Virus record (IMG/VR): IMGVR_UViG_3300032272_000063
Coordinates: 1 to 26,128 of that record
Length of the DNA stretch: 26,128 nucleotides
Source of the DNA: a virus
Lineage: Duplodnaviria; Caudoviricetes
Reading direction: 5' to 3' (one strand)
This document shows, in pieces, positions 26,078-26,128 of the stretch. The translations under genes and the position numbers were made by a program. The number at the start of each line of letters is the position of its first letter. Within the stretch, counting starts at the first letter, position 1. The notes beneath the pieces were generated by a model, which saw only the letters and a list, made by a program, of their open reading frames with translations, did no database searches and was not told the origin of the DNA.

Positions 26078-26128
26078 TTCACATCCTCCAATCGGCCCCG
26101 CAATCGGCCCTGCAATCGGCCCTGCAAT
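26074..26128 (-). CDS. Cassette mini-gene 13 (partial, start beyond window)
   Basis: ...L QGRL QGRL RGRL EDVK*. Confidence 0.55.
   Translation of the reverse strand, partial: LQGRLQGRLRGRLEDVK

Larger units (their letters stand above)
25538..26128 (-). repeat. Right cassette array: at least 5 units, runs off the window end
   Basis: Same junction with stops at 25627, 25812, 26021 and 26074; degenerate terminal junction at 25538. Confidence 0.97.

Noticed and set aside
22898-26128. CRISPR array (constant ~29-35 bp repeat with variable spacers)
   Set aside because: Spacers vary from about 30 to 230 bp, are themselves 12-bp minisatellites and keep a reading frame. There is no cas operon; the Cas4-like DUF2800 is a normal phage replication-module gene.
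22898-26128. Diversity-generating retroelement (codon 2 is nearly always NNC, as from AAC mutagenesis)
   Set aside because: No reverse transcriptase or TR/VR pair in the window, the last A of CAA/CGA is almost invariant, and variation is mostly copy number. Revisit if an RT is found elsewhere on the contig.

Overview
Fragment of a tailed (myovirus-type) phage or prophage genome with three parts. (1) 1-10488, + strand: contractile-tail late module with neck/terminator, DUF3383-type sheath, DUF3277-type tube, chaperone pair, tape measure, baseplate proteins and one short fibre. (2) 10485-22831, - strand: replication/early module with SNF2-like helicase, VRR-NUC, family A DNA polymerase, DUF2815 SSB, DUF2800 Cas4-like nuclease, a C5 DNA methyltransferase with a fully overlapping second ORF, small ORFs behind a sigma54-type promoter, and a Prim-Pol/D5 primase-helicase. 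(3) 22898-end, - strand, the most unusual part: a tandem array of at least 13 mini-genes (18-86 aa), most joined by ATGA stop/start overlaps. Each reads MRPYEIN-xxL-[variable tetrapeptide x-x-Q/R-L]n-xDVK. The array lies on both sides of a DUF6745-like gene that lacks the tetrapeptide repeats I associate with that family and appears fused to its usual 'QGD..HxEH..RE' partner. This suggests a modular, recombination-diversified peptide-cassette system. All family names are from motif recognition and synteny, not database searches.
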